Under the pieces are notes generated by a model, which was given only the letters and a program-made list of their open reading frames with translations, was not told where the DNA came from and made no database searches. The position numbers and the translations under genes were made by a program. 64,000 nt of DNA. Source: an uncultured Clostridia bacterium. GTDB taxonomy: Bacteria > Bacillota > Clostridia > Oscillospirales > Acutalibacteraceae. Position 1 is the first letter of the stretch; every line of letters starts with the position of its first letter. The DNA is taken from assembly GCA_937906895.1 (NCBI GenBank), contig CALCTT010000100.1, positions 18,937 through 82,936 on the forward strand. Direction: 5' to 3'. Shown here piece after piece: positions 10,030 through 20,139 of the stretch.

Positions 10030-12381
10030 TTAAACAAGTGCGACTTTAAGCACGTCGTCACCTGTTTTTGCAAAAACAAAGTTGATTTTTTCTTTTACTT
10101 TTGGGTCAATTTTCTCAAGGTCGCTTCTGTTAGCCTCAGGAACAACAACAGTTTTGATGCCCTCAACATAGGCAGCCATTGTCTTTTCACGAAGTCCACC
10201 AATTGGAAGAACTCTGCCTGTTACAGTTATTTCACCTGTCATAGCAACGCTTGATTTAACCTTACATCCTGACAATGCAGAAACAAGTGCTGTAAAGATT
10301 GTCACACCTGCCGATGGGCCATCCTTCGGCACAGCACCCTCAGGGAAATGAATGTGAATATCCTTGTTCTGATAAAAATCCTTATCAATTCTGTATTTAT
10401 CACCATTCATTCTTATGTAACTGATTGCTGCTTTTGCAGATTCCTTGATTACATCACCTAATGAACCTGTAAGCTCAATGTTACCTTTACCGTCCATAAC
10501 AGCAACTTCAACAGTAAGCATTGTGCCACCAACGGATGTGTAGGCAAGTCCATTGACAACACCAACCTGGTCAACCTTTGAACTTTCGTCAGGTTTGAAT
10601 TTTAAAGGACCTAAATATGCTTCAAGTTCAGTATCCTTAACTGTAATTTTACCATCAAAGCCCTTTGCGTACTCAACTGCAATCTTTCGAAGCACCTTTG
10701 CAATTGTTCTTTCAAGAATACGGACACCTGCTTCTTTAGTGTAACCACTGATAATTGCTTTGAGTGCTTTGTCAGTAAACTTAACATAAGACTTCTTAAG
10801 ACCATTTGCAGTTATCTGCTTTGGAACGAGATGCTTTTTAGCAATATTAAATTTTTCCTCATAAGTATATCCGGGAATATCTATAATTTCCATTCTATCA
10901 AGTAATGGTGCAGGAATTCTGCTCTTGTCATTTGCAGTTGTTACAAATAAAACCTTACTCAAATCATAAGGAATTTCAAGATAATGGTCAACGAATGAGT
11001 TATTCTGCTCTGCATCAAGAACTTCAAGAAGTGCTGATGACGGGTCACCACGATGGTCGGAGCCTAACTTATCTACCTCATCAAGAAGAATAAGCGGATT
11101 TGAGCTTTTAGCTGACTCTATTGCTTCAATAATTCTTCCCGGCATTGAACCGATATATGTTTTTCTGTGACCTCGAATATCAGCCTCATCACGGACACCG
11201 CCAAGGGAAATTCGTGCGTAACTTCTGCCCATAGCATTTGCAAGTGAACGGGCAATTGATGTTTTACCAACACCCGGAGGTCCTGCAAGACAGATAATCT
11301 GTCCTTTTACATCAGGATTAATCTTTCTTACTGCAAGAAATTCAATAATTCTTTCCTTTACATCTTGGAGACCGTAATGGTCATCATCAAGCACCTTTTG
11401 TGCGTGTTCTATATCAAGATTTTCTTCCGTACAATATCCCCATGGAAGAGAAATCACCTTATCAAGATAATTTCTTATAACTGCTGACTCGGGACTTGAT
11501 GACTGCATTTTCATAAGTCGGTCACATTCACGAAGAAGCTTTCTTTCAGTATCTTCTGAGAACCCTATTGCACGGATTTGTTCCTTATATTCTTCAGCTT
11601 CAGAAATTGCACCGTCACCTTCGTTAAGCTCCTCGGAAATTGCCTTAATCTGCTCACGAAGATAATACTCACGCTGATTTTCTTCCATCTGCTCCTGAAC
11701 TTTATCATTGATTTCTTCTTCAATGGTCAGAAGTTCGATTTCCCGTTTAAGAATCAGGCAAAGTGACTCTGCTCGTTTTAAAGGATTCAGCTCATCAAGA
11801 AGACTCTGCTTAACAGAATACTCAAGAGGAATATTTGAAAGAATGTAGTCAGTAATTTCTCCTGCTTCCTTACGAACAGAAACGCCGATAACAATATCAG
11901 ACGGAAGTTTTGGAACAAAATATGCATATTCCTCAAAAATACCAACGAGATTACGAACAAGTGCTTCCTCATATTTAGCATCTTCAGGATTTACCTTTTC
12001 TGTTTCAATACGACGAACTACTGCTGACAAGAAAGGATTTGCAGAATTGATATGTAAAAGTTCAGCACGATACAGTCCATATACCACAACACGAAGTGTA
12101 TCAGTACCCGGTAACTTCATAACCTGCTTGATTTCACACACAACACCTGAACCATAAATATCATCATATCTTGGGTCATCACATTCAAGGTCCATTTGTG
12201 CTGCAAGAAAAATATTTGATTTCTTCTCCATAGCACTTCTGACTGCTTTTACTGACTTTGGTCTGCCAACATCAAAATGCAATGTCATTTCAGGAAATAC
12301 CACGAGTCCACGCAAAGCAACCATTGGCATTGAAAATGATTTTTCATTAAATTCATTGAAAATTTTATTAGTGTTTTCCAT
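10030..12381 (-). CDS. lon: ATP-dependent Lon protease
   Basis: LON N-domain, GPPGVGKTS Walker A, PKDGPSAG catalytic serine motif. ATG at 12381 preferred over the GTG at 12396, which lies within the AGGAGTG SD. Confidence 0.93.
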   Translation of the reverse strand: MENTNKIFNEFNEKSFSMPMVALRGLVVFPEMTLHFDVGRPKSVKAVRSAMEKKSNIFLAAQMDLECDDPRYDDIYGSGVVCEIKQVMKLPGTDTLRVVVYGLYRAELLHINSANPFLSAVVRRIETEKVNPEDAKYEEALVRNLVGIFEEYAYFVPKLPSDIVIGVSVRKEAGEITDYILSNIPLEYSVKQSLLDELNPLKRAESLCLILKREIELLTIEEEINDKVQEQMEENQREYYLREQIKAISEELNEGDGAISEAEEYKEQIRAIGFSEDTERKLLRECDRLMKMQSSSPESAVIRNYLDKVISLPWGYCTEENLDIEHAQKVLDDDHYGLQDVKERIIEFLAVRKINPDVKGQIICLAGPPGVGKTSIARSLANAMGRSYARISLGGVRDEADIRGHRKTYIGSMPGRIIEAIESAKSSNPLILLDEVDKLGSDHRGDPSSALLEVLDAEQNNSFVDHYLEIPYDLSKVLFVTTANDKSRIPAPLLDRMEIIDIPGYTYEEKFNIAKKHLVPKQITANGLKKSYVKFTDKALKAIISGYTKEAGVRILERTIAKVLRKIAVEYAKGFDGKITVKDTELEAYLGPLKFKPDESSKVDQVGVVNGLAYTSVGGTMLTVEVAVMDGKGNIELTGSLGDVIKESAKAAISYIRMNGDKYRIDKDFYQNKDIHIHFPEGAVPKDGPSAGVTIFTALVSALSGCKVKSSVAMTGEITVTGRVLPIGGLREKTMAAYVEGIKTVVVPEANRSDLEKIDPKVKEKINFVFAKTGDDVLKVALV

Positions 12382-12564
12382 TTTTGAATATATCACTCCT
12401 ATTATGAACTAATATTATATAATAAAAGACAAATTACTGCAAGAAATACTATTGAATTTTTTAAAAATAATTTAAATTATTATGTGCATTGTTAAAAATA
12501 CGCACAACTTTTAGTGCTATATCAACTTTTTTGTAAAAAACTTTGTTATTTTCTTGTCAATCTA

Positions 12565-12594
12565 TTGACTTTTACCTACCACATTTGATATAAT
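12565..12594 (+). promoter_or_regulatory. sigma-A type promoter for serC-serA
   Basis: TTGACT (12565-12570), 18-nt spacer, TATAAT (12589-12594). The palindrome GTCAAT-CT-ATTGAC (12556-12569) overlaps the -35. Confidence 0.55.
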
Positions 12595-12660
12595 CACTCA
12601 CGATGTTTATATTTTTAACACAATATATTTCATAAATTAACTTTTTGGAGGTTTTTTATT

Positions 12661-13743
12661 ATGGCAAGAGTTTATAATTTTTCAGCAGGTCCTTCAATGC
12701 TTCCTGAAGAAGTATTGAAAAAGGCAGCTGCAGAAATGCTCGATTATGAAGGAAGCGGACAGTCAGTTATGGAAATGAGTCACCGTTCAAAGGTTTACGA
12801 CTCAATCATCAAGGGTGCTGAACAGCTTCTTCGTGAACTTATGAATATTCCTGATAATTATAAGGTTTTATTCTTACAGGGTGGTGCTTCAACACAGTTT
12901 GCTGCTATTCCACTTAACTTTATGAATAAAAATGGTAAAGCTGACTTCGTAATTACAGGTCAGTGGGCAAAGAAGGCATATCAGGAAGCACAGAAATACG
13001 GTGAATGTAAAGCAGTCGCATCTTCAGCTGATAAGACATTCTCATATATTCCAAAGCTTAACAAAGATGAATTTACAAAGGATGCTGACTATTTCTATAT
13101 TTGTATGAACAACACAATTTACGGTACAGTTTATCACGAACTCCCTGACACAGGTGATGTTCCTCTTATTGCTGATATTTCATCATGCTTCCTTTCAGAA
13201 CCAATTGATGTTTCTAAATTCGCAATGGTTTATGGCGGTGCACAGAAAAACGTTGCTCCTGCAGGTCTTACAATCTGTATTATCCGTGAAGATATGCTCG
13301 GTAATGCAAGAGATATTACACCAACAATGCTCAACTATCAGATTATGGCTGATAACAATTCTCTTTACAACACACCACCATGCTATACAATTTATATTTG
13401 TAAGCTTGTTCTCGAATGGCTTAAGGAAATGGGTGGACTTGAAGCTATCAAAGAAAGAAATGTAAAGAAAGCAAAAATTCTTTATGATTTCCTTGACAAC
13501 AGCAAGATGTTCAAGGGTACAGTTGTTCCTGAAGACCGTTCTCTTATGAATGTTCCATTTGTTACTGACAGTGAAGAGCTCAATGCAAAGTTCATTAAAG
13601 AAGCAACTGAGGCAGGTTTTGTTAACCTTAAGGGTCACCGTTCAGTTGGTGGTATGAGAGCTTCAATCTACAATGCTATGCCTGTTGAAGGTGTAGAAAA
13701 GCTTGTTGAATTTATGGCTGAATTTGAAAAAGCAAATTCATAA
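12661..13743 (+). CDS. serC: phosphoserine aminotransferase
   Basis: YNFSAGPSMLPEEVL start, GGAQKN PLP-lysine motif, 360 aa. GGAGG SD upstream. Confidence 0.92.
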   Translation: MARVYNFSAGPSMLPEEVLKKAAAEMLDYEGSGQSVMEMSHRSKVYDSIIKGAEQLLRELMNIPDNYKVLFLQGGASTQFAAIPLNFMNKNGKADFVITGQWAKKAYQEAQKYGECKAVASSADKTFSYIPKLNKDEFTKDADYFYICMNNTIYGTVYHELPDTGDVPLIADISSCFLSEPIDVSKFAMVYGGAQKNVAPAGLTICIIREDMLGNARDITPTMLNYQIMADNNSLYNTPPCYTIYICKLVLEWLKEMGGLEAIKERNVKKAKILYDFLDNSKMFKGTVVPEDRSLMNVPFVTDSEELNAKFIKEATEAGFVNLKGHRSVGGMRASIYNAMPVEGVEKLVEFMAEFEKANS

Positions 13744-13755
13744 GGAGAAACTATT

Positions 13756-14919
13756 ATGTATAACATTTTAACTTTAAATAAAATTTCTGAAACAGGTCTT
13801 TGCCGTTTCAGTGATAATTATTCTTGTGCTACTGACGCTAAGAATCCTGATGCAATTCTTGTTCGTTCAGCATCAATGCACGATATGGAATTTGATGCTA
13901 ACACTCTTGCAATTGCAAGAGCCGGTGCAGGTGTCAACAATATTCCAATTGACAAATGCAGTGAAGCAGGTATCGTAGTATTTAATACTCCCGGTGCTAA
14001 TGCAAATGCTGTTAAGGAACTCGTTCTTACAGGTCTTTTTCTTTCATCAAGAAAGATTATTCCTGCAATTGATTGGGCAAAAACATTAAAAGGAAATGGC
14101 GACACAGTTCCAAAGGATGTTGAAAAAGGTAAGAGTGCTTTTGCAGGTCCTGAAATCAAGGGCAAGACTCTTGGTGTAATCGGTCTTGGTGCAATCGGTA
14201 TTCTTGTTGCTAATGCTGCAGCAGCACTTGGAATGAAAGTTATCGGTTATGACCCATACCTTTCTGTTGCACAGAGTATTACACTTAATCATCATGTAAA
14301 GCTTACAGATAATCTTAACACTATCTATGCTGAAAGTGATTACATCACTCTTCATTTACCTCTTAACGACAGCACAAGAGGACTTATCAATGCTGACACA
14401 ATTGCAACAATGAAAGACGAAGTGAGAATCCTCAACTTTGCTCGTGGTGAACTTGTTGACACAGACAGTATCCTTTCTGCTCTTGAAAACGGCAAGGTTG
14501 CTTGTTATGTAACTGACTTCCCTAACGATGCCGTTATCGGTGCAACTGGCGTTATTGCTATTCCTCACCTTGGTGCTTCAACTCCTGAATCAGAAGACAA
14601 CTGTGCTATGATGGCTGTTGACCAGGTTGCTGACTTCCTTGAAAATGGTAGCATTGTAAATTCAGTTAACTACCCTGCTGTTTCAATAAGTGCTTGTGAC
14701 AAACACAGAATTACAATCATGCATAAAAACATTTCAGGTATTGTAAGTAAGATTACATCTGCTTTCGCTAATGAAGATGTTAACATTGATAATATGGTTA
14801 ACAAATCTAAAGGCGAATACGCTTACACAGTTATCGACTCAGATACAGGTGCTTCTCCTGAATCACTTGAAGCACTTAAGAAAATTAACGGAATTATTCG
14901 TATAAGAGTTATTAAGTAA
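13756..14919 (+). CDS. serA: D-3-phosphoglycerate dehydrogenase with C-terminal ACT domain
   Basis: 2-hydroxyacid dehydrogenase fold (GVIGLGAIG NAD motif), ACT-like C-terminus, adjacent to serC. Confidence 0.88.
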   Translation: MYNILTLNKISETGLCRFSDNYSCATDAKNPDAILVRSASMHDMEFDANTLAIARAGAGVNNIPIDKCSEAGIVVFNTPGANANAVKELVLTGLFLSSRKIIPAIDWAKTLKGNGDTVPKDVEKGKSAFAGPEIKGKTLGVIGLGAIGILVANAAAALGMKVIGYDPYLSVAQSITLNHHVKLTDNLNTIYAESDYITLHLPLNDSTRGLINADTIATMKDEVRILNFARGELVDTDSILSALENGKVACYVTDFPNDAVIGATGVIAIPHLGASTPESEDNCAMMAVDQVADFLENGSIVNSVNYPAVSISACDKHRITIMHKNISGIVSKITSAFANEDVNIDNMVNKSKGEYAYTVIDSDTGASPESLEALKKINGIIRIRVIK

Positions 14920-14940
14920 TTTATATGCTTGAATAGAGAA

Positions 14941-14977
14941 ATCCCTTGTAGTGAAAACTCACCACAAGGGATTTTTT
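14941..14977 (+). terminator. intrinsic terminator of serC-serA
   Basis: Stem ATCCCTTGTAGTG / CACCACAAGGGAT with one mismatch, followed by T6. Confidence 0.8.
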
Positions 14978-15030
14978 ATTGACTTTATAAAATCAATAGA
15001 GACGTTGTAACATACAAATTGGTGTTTATG

Positions 15031-15136
15031 GGGATATCCCTCTTTCGTCACTCGCTCTGCTCGTGCCACCTTCCCCTCCATGGGGAAGGCAAAATTAGGC
15101 TCCCCACTTGATGGGGAGCTGTCACCGTAAGGTGAC
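15031..15136. repeat. GC-rich cluster of four short perfect hairpins in an AT-rich spacer (REP/MITE-like element or small structured RNA)
   Basis: GGGATATCCC (15031-40). CCTTCCCC-tccat-GGGGAAGG (15069-89). GCTCCCCA-cttga-TGGGGAGC (15099-119). GTCACC-gtaa-GGTGAC (15121-36). Confidence 0.5.
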
Positions 15137-15196
15137 TGAGTGGCCTGACAAATTATAATTTACTTAATTAACACAGAAATGACGTAAAACTATTCT

Positions 15197-15228
15197 AAAA
15201 AATCAGCTCCCCTTGATTAGGAGAGCTG
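15197..15228 (-). terminator. intrinsic terminator of the typA / mreB-like / hydrolase transcription unit
   Basis: Minus strand reads CAGCTCTCC-taatcaa-GGGGAGCTG followed by ATTTTTT. Confidence 0.65.
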
Positions 15229-15254
15229 AGCATTATTTCTTTTATATTGAGTTT

Positions 15255-17081
15255 TTATCTAACGCTATCATAAACCTCATAGAAGTTCTTGATGAATGTT
15301 GTGCCTGCGTGTTTACCGTAAGAGATAAGACACCATGTATCACTATCAAAACCACCTGAAAGCTCATTATACTGGTAACCTGCCATTACGAAATTAGCTT
15401 CGTTTGCAACATAACCTGCAGCATCGTTCATAAGGTCCATAATGATAATATCTTCACCTGTATATTCCCTTATAGGCTTCATTGGGAATCCTTTTGCACC
15501 ATTACCGCCCATAAGAAGTTCACCAAATGTTTCACCAGGGCTCATATATACTTTCATATTGTCGCCGATTTCAAGGTAACCAACTTCAGTAACTGTGTAG
15601 TAATTCCAATTATCGTCTTTAAGAACAAGGTTGTCTGCAATTGATGTTTTGCCAAGAAGTCCAACAATATTGTTTTCAATCTGAACTGTAAACTGCTTTG
15701 ATTTAACATTAAGAACAGGCTTAACTTCTTCCTTTTTAGCTGTAGGAAGACCTTCATACCAAACAGTATATTCTTCCTGACCGCTATATTTTTCTACTCC
15801 AAGCTTATCGCCTGTTGCCTTGTTGAGTGCAATTCTTTCTGATTTTGTCATACTCATACCAAGAAGAATGTAACCAAATTCATAGCCTAATCTCATTGCA
15901 CCGAAGTGAGCTGAACCATCAATTCCATCATTAGAATTTCCTCTTGATGAAGAAACTGTTGAAACATTACCCTGAAGGAAAATAAAGTTATATCCTGCAG
16001 AATTAAGTAGCTTTTCAATATACCAAATACAGTCAGCAGTGAATTTTCTGTCAAGTTTTAATGGGTCACTTTCATCCATATTCCAGTCAAAGCTTGCTGA
16101 TTCAGGATGACAACCAAATGTTGAAATGATTGTAGGTGTTTTGCTTTTAGCAAATGGTACGAATTCAAGCTTATACATGTTTGTATCATAGCAAATTGGT
16201 GCAGTACGGTCAAAGAGGTAGTCACCAATATCAACCTTTGAATAATACATCTTACCTGTTGTCATATCAGCAAGAGCAGCTTCAACAGCTTTCTTTGAAC
16301 CAGCTATCAAAGATTTGATAAATTCACGAGGTACGCCATATTTAGTTTCGTTAGTTAATGTATTATTAACAAGACATCCGATAGGGTCAGTCCAAACGCC
16401 CTGTGAATCAATACCTGTATGAATATGTGTGCAAGAAACGTTAATACTTACGATATTGTTTTTTTCAGCGATTTCTTTTAATGCTTCACGAATAAGACGA
16501 ACATCAGAGTTTGCAAGACCCATTGCATCAACTGCGATAAATACAACATTACCTCTTCCTGAACCATCATTCATAACAACAACTCGTGCCATTAAATCTT
16601 CATAGTTGCCGTCATCGTCCTTATACATCTCGTTGCCATATACATAAGGAATATATGCACCTTTTGCATAAGACTTTTCACCAAAATCTTCAGGGAGAAT
16701 TGATGCTTTACCATATCCAAGGCTCCAAACTTTATCACCCTGTGGTTCATCAATAAACTTATCCATACCTGGATAGAAATTCTCATAAGAATTAATATCA
16801 AATTCTTCATAATCAAGCACAGCAGCTGAATCAGGAACAACAATGCAAAGAGCTTTACCAAGAACATCGTTTATAAAGAAATTACTTACAGTATTAAGCA
16901 CTTTATAAAGGAAAATTTTTGTTTGTAAGTCCTCGTCAACCTCTACTCCTGTATCTGATGCAGCAACATACTCTGCAGCAGAAGCATAAGATTCTTCAGC
17001 ACTTGCAGGCAACACAAACATTGGAATTACTATACAAATACAAAGAATCAATGAAAGAATTGATTTTGCTGTTTTTTTCAT
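15255..17081 (-). CDS. secreted hydrolase-like protein with resemblance to the neutral/alkaline ceramidase N-terminal domain
   Basis: N-terminal signal peptide (ILCICIVIPMFVLPASA). The segment ARVVVMNDGSGRGNVVFIAVDAMG...INVSCTHIHTG resembles the ceramidase-N pattern (…isatHTHsgP). Confidence 0.45.
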   Translation of the reverse strand: MKKTAKSILSLILCICIVIPMFVLPASAEESYASAAEYVAASDTGVEVDEDLQTKIFLYKVLNTVSNFFINDVLGKALCIVVPDSAAVLDYEEFDINSYENFYPGMDKFIDEPQGDKVWSLGYGKASILPEDFGEKSYAKGAYIPYVYGNEMYKDDDGNYEDLMARVVVMNDGSGRGNVVFIAVDAMGLANSDVRLIREALKEIAEKNNIVSINVSCTHIHTGIDSQGVWTDPIGCLVNNTLTNETKYGVPREFIKSLIAGSKKAVEAALADMTTGKMYYSKVDIGDYLFDRTAPICYDTNMYKLEFVPFAKSKTPTIISTFGCHPESASFDWNMDESDPLKLDRKFTADCIWYIEKLLNSAGYNFIFLQGNVSTVSSSRGNSNDGIDGSAHFGAMRLGYEFGYILLGMSMTKSERIALNKATGDKLGVEKYSGQEEYTVWYEGLPTAKKEEVKPVLNVKSKQFTVQIENNIVGLLGKTSIADNLVLKDDNWNYYTVTEVGYLEIGDNMKVYMSPGETFGELLMGGNGAKGFPMKPIREYTGEDIIIMDLMNDAAGYVANEANFVMAGYQYNELSGGFDSDTWCLISYGKHAGTTFIKNFYEVYDSVR

Positions 17082-17100
17082 AATAACATCCTACCTTCTT

Positions 17101-18135
17101 TTAATTTAATCTATCTCTTATTTCATCTCGGAAGATGAAACGATATCCGTTTTCAATAAGCCACTTATCATTAACAATTAAATGACCTAAACCTTTTATT
17201 TTGGCAAGTCTTGGTTCCGGAACAATTTCACATCTGATACTCAACTGGTTGGATAACCTTTCAGCAATATCAAAAATTAGTGAACCGCCACCACAAAGCA
17301 TTATACCATTATCAGCCGCATCTGACAACAGGTCAGGAGAAATTCTTAAAATATCCTGATGAATTTCTTTAATAATCATATCAATTTGTTCATCAACATA
17401 AGGATAAACTTCAGTTGATGTAACTTCAAAGGATATAGGCAATTTATCAAGTGCACTTTTTCCGGAAACAAAAAGAGCTGATTCACATTCTCGTTTTTCT
17501 GCAGATGTAATCTTATTTTTAATTTCACGTGCTGTATGTGGTCCGACAAGAATATCCCTGTCTTTCCGCAAGTGGTTCATAATTGCCTTATCTATATCAT
17601 AACTTCCGTGTTTAATTGTACCTTTAGCACCAATTCCGCCTGAAGAGATTATTGCATATTCGGTAATGTGATGACCAATATCAATTACCATTCTTCCGCC
17701 TGTGTTTTCATCAGAAGAATCGCAACCGAATGCAGATGCTAAAACGCCTTCAATAAGGCAAACTCTTCCTGCACCTGCCAAAGTAACAACATCAAGTAAT
17801 GTTTTCTTTTCAAGACCTGAAACATTTGTAGGTAATGAAAGAATTATGTTAGGCTTATAAATTCTGTTACCGCAGACACGCTGAATATAAAATCTCAACA
17901 TTCTTTCTGCCATAACGAAATCAGAGACAACACCATTCTGGATAACCTTTGAAATGCTGATATCATCACCACTTCTGCCATAAACATTATAGGCAGCTTT
18001 ACCAAAGGCAATCGGATTACCTGTCTGATTATCAATGGCAACAATAGATGGTTCATCGGCTACGATTCCTTTGCCCTCAACATAGATTTTAAGGGAATAC
18101 GAACCAAAATCAATACCGATTTTCATTCCTTTCAA
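17101..18135 (-). CDS. MreB/Mbl-like actin-family protein (divergent paralog)
   Basis: IGIDFGS...IVADEPSIVAI, DIGHHITEYAI, LCGGGSL actin-fold phosphate and adenosine motifs. TTG start with AAGGAGA SD. Confidence 0.75.
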   Translation of the reverse strand: MKGMKIGIDFGSYSLKIYVEGKGIVADEPSIVAIDNQTGNPIAFGKAAYNVYGRSGDDISISKVIQNGVVSDFVMAERMLRFYIQRVCGNRIYKPNIILSLPTNVSGLEKKTLLDVVTLAGAGRVCLIEGVLASAFGCDSSDENTGGRMVIDIGHHITEYAIISSGGIGAKGTIKHGSYDIDKAIMNHLRKDRDILVGPHTAREIKNKITSAEKRECESALFVSGKSALDKLPISFEVTSTEVYPYVDEQIDMIIKEIHQDILRISPDLLSDAADNGIMLCGGGSLIFDIAERLSNQLSIRCEIVPEPRLAKIKGLGHLIVNDKWLIENGYRFIFRDEIRDRLN

Positions 18136-18167
18136 GGTGTCATCTCCTTTCAGTAATTAATTTATGC

Positions 18168-19988
18168 TTAATTTTTTCTGAACTGTTGTTTAAGTCTTAA
18201 GTCCTTTGAAAGAATTGTCTTACGAAGTCTAATATTTTCAGGAGTGACCTCCATAAGCTCATCATCTTTAATAAATTCCATTGACTGTTCAAGGCTTAAT
18301 GTTGTATGTGGTACTAATCGTAATGCATCATCAGAACCGGAAGCACGTGTATTTGTAAGATGCTTTGTCTTACAGATATTACAAGTCAAATCCTCGTTCT
18401 TTGAACACTCACCAACAATCATACCTTCATAAACAGGAACACCTGGACCGATAAACAAACGTCCTCTGTCCTGAGTATTAAACAAGCCATAAGCAGTACT
18501 TTCACCTGTTTCGTGAGCAACAATTGAACCTCTTTCACGAGTTTCAATATCACCTTTATACGGCTCATAGCCTGAAAACAGGTTATTCATAATACCATTA
18601 CCGTTTGTATCAGTCATAAACTCCGAACGATAACCGATAAGACCACGAGCAGGAATTTTAAATTCAAGATGTGTTGTTCCGCCCTCACGAGTTCCCATAT
18701 TTTCAAGCTCACCACGACGAGAACCGATTTTCATCATTACAGAACCTACATATTCCTCGGGAACCTCAACAATCAACAATTCAATTGGTTCCAAAAGAAC
18801 GCCATCCTTCATTTTTGTAATTACCTTTGGTCGAGAAACCTGAAATTCATAACCTTGACGACGCATTGTTTCTATGAGAATTGATAAATGCAATTCACCA
18901 CGACCTGAAACCTTGAATGTATCAGTTGATTCAGTTTCTTCAACTCGCATACTTACATTTGTTTCAACCTCTTTAAAAAGTCTGTCACGAAGATTACGGG
19001 AAGTTACAAACTTGCCTTCCCTACCTGCAAACGGGCTGTCATTAACAATAAAGTTCATAGAAATTGTAGGTTCATCAATTTTAATGAACGGAAGAGGTTC
19101 AATGCAATCAGGAGAACAAAGTGTTTCACCGATATTAATATCAGTAATACCTGAAATACAAATAATATCACCAACTGATGCTGACTCAACTTCAACTCGT
19201 TTAAGACCTTCAAACTGATATAGTCGTGAAATCTTGACATTTTGCTGAGTACCGTCTATTTTACAAAGGACTAATGAGTCATTTCTGTTGATTGTACCTC
19301 TTTCAACTCTACCAACACCGATACGACCGATATAATCGTCATAATCAAGACTTGAGAAAAGAACCTGAAGCGGAGCATCACTATCCCCTGTCGGTGGCTC
19401 AATGTTCTCAATAATTGCATCGAATAACGGTCTTAAGTCTCCTTCACGGACATCAGGGTCAGTTGATGAATAGCCATCTCTTGCAGAGGCATAAATAACA
19501 GGAAACTCAATCTGCTCATCACTTGCACCAAGTTCAATGAATAAATCAAGCACCTCATCAATTACTTCAGCAGGACGAGCACCCGGTCTGTCAATTTTAT
19601 TAACAACAACTAAAACTTTTTTATTAAGGCCAAGAGCTTTTTTTAAAACAAATCTTGTCTGTGGCATACATCCTTCAAATGCGTCAACCAAAAGTAAAAC
19701 GCCATCTACCATCATAAGGATTCGTTCAACCTCGCCACCAAAATCAGCATGGCCGGGTGTATCAACAATATTTATTTTAATATCTTTATAATGAACTGAT
19801 GTATTCTTTGAAAGAATTGTAATTCCTCGTTCTCTTTCAAGGTCATTGGAGTCCATTACTCTATCTTGAACAACTTCGTTTGTTCTGAAAATACCGCTTT
19901 GTTTTAAAAGCTCATCAACCAAAGTTGTTTTACCGTGGTCAACGTGTGCAATAATTGCTATATTTCTTACATCTTCTCTTTTTTTCAA
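18168..19988 (-). CDS. typA: translational GTPase TypA/BipA
   Basis: IAIIAHVDHGKTTLVD, DTPGHADFGGEV, NKIDR motifs, 606 aa. TTG start with GAAGGTG SD. Confidence 0.93.
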   Translation of the reverse strand: MKKREDVRNIAIIAHVDHGKTTLVDELLKQSGIFRTNEVVQDRVMDSNDLERERGITILSKNTSVHYKDIKINIVDTPGHADFGGEVERILMMVDGVLLLVDAFEGCMPQTRFVLKKALGLNKKVLVVVNKIDRPGARPAEVIDEVLDLFIELGASDEQIEFPVIYASARDGYSSTDPDVREGDLRPLFDAIIENIEPPTGDSDAPLQVLFSSLDYDDYIGRIGVGRVERGTINRNDSLVLCKIDGTQQNVKISRLYQFEGLKRVEVESASVGDIICISGITDINIGETLCSPDCIEPLPFIKIDEPTISMNFIVNDSPFAGREGKFVTSRNLRDRLFKEVETNVSMRVEETESTDTFKVSGRGELHLSILIETMRRQGYEFQVSRPKVITKMKDGVLLEPIELLIVEVPEEYVGSVMMKIGSRRGELENMGTREGGTTHLEFKIPARGLIGYRSEFMTDTNGNGIMNNLFSGYEPYKGDIETRERGSIVAHETGESTAYGLFNTQDRGRLFIGPGVPVYEGMIVGECSKNEDLTCNICKTKHLTNTRASGSDDALRLVPHTTLSLEQSMEFIKDDELMEVTPENIRLRKTILSKDLRLKQQFRKN

Positions 19989-20023
19989 TCTATTTTCACC
20001 TTCATTGGATAACTTAACAACTT

Positions 20024-20052
20024 ATTTTACCACTATAATTTCCAATACGCAA
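20024..20052 (-). promoter_or_regulatory. sigma-A type promoter for typA
   Basis: Minus strand reads TTGCGT, 17 nt, TAAAAT with an upstream TG (extended -10). About 30 nt upstream of the typA start. Confidence 0.5.
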
Positions 20053-20139
20053 GACAAATAATGAAATGAAAAACTAAAAATCTTTACAAAAATAATAAAA
20101 TAAGATAAAATATAATAAGAAATTTATAGGAGTATAATA

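Noticed and set aside
12397-12560. CIRCE (HrcA) or CtsR operator upstream of lon
   Set aside because: Only a partial half-site (TAGTGCTAT) is present, without the matching TTAGCACTC half 9 nt away. There is no GGTCAAA direct-repeat pair.
15028-15111. 27-codon ORF (MGISLFRHSLCSCHLPLHGEGKIRLPT) inside the GC-rich hairpin island
   Set aside because: It has no SD, and the sequence is entirely hairpin arms. It is interpreted as a structural or repeat element, not a gene.
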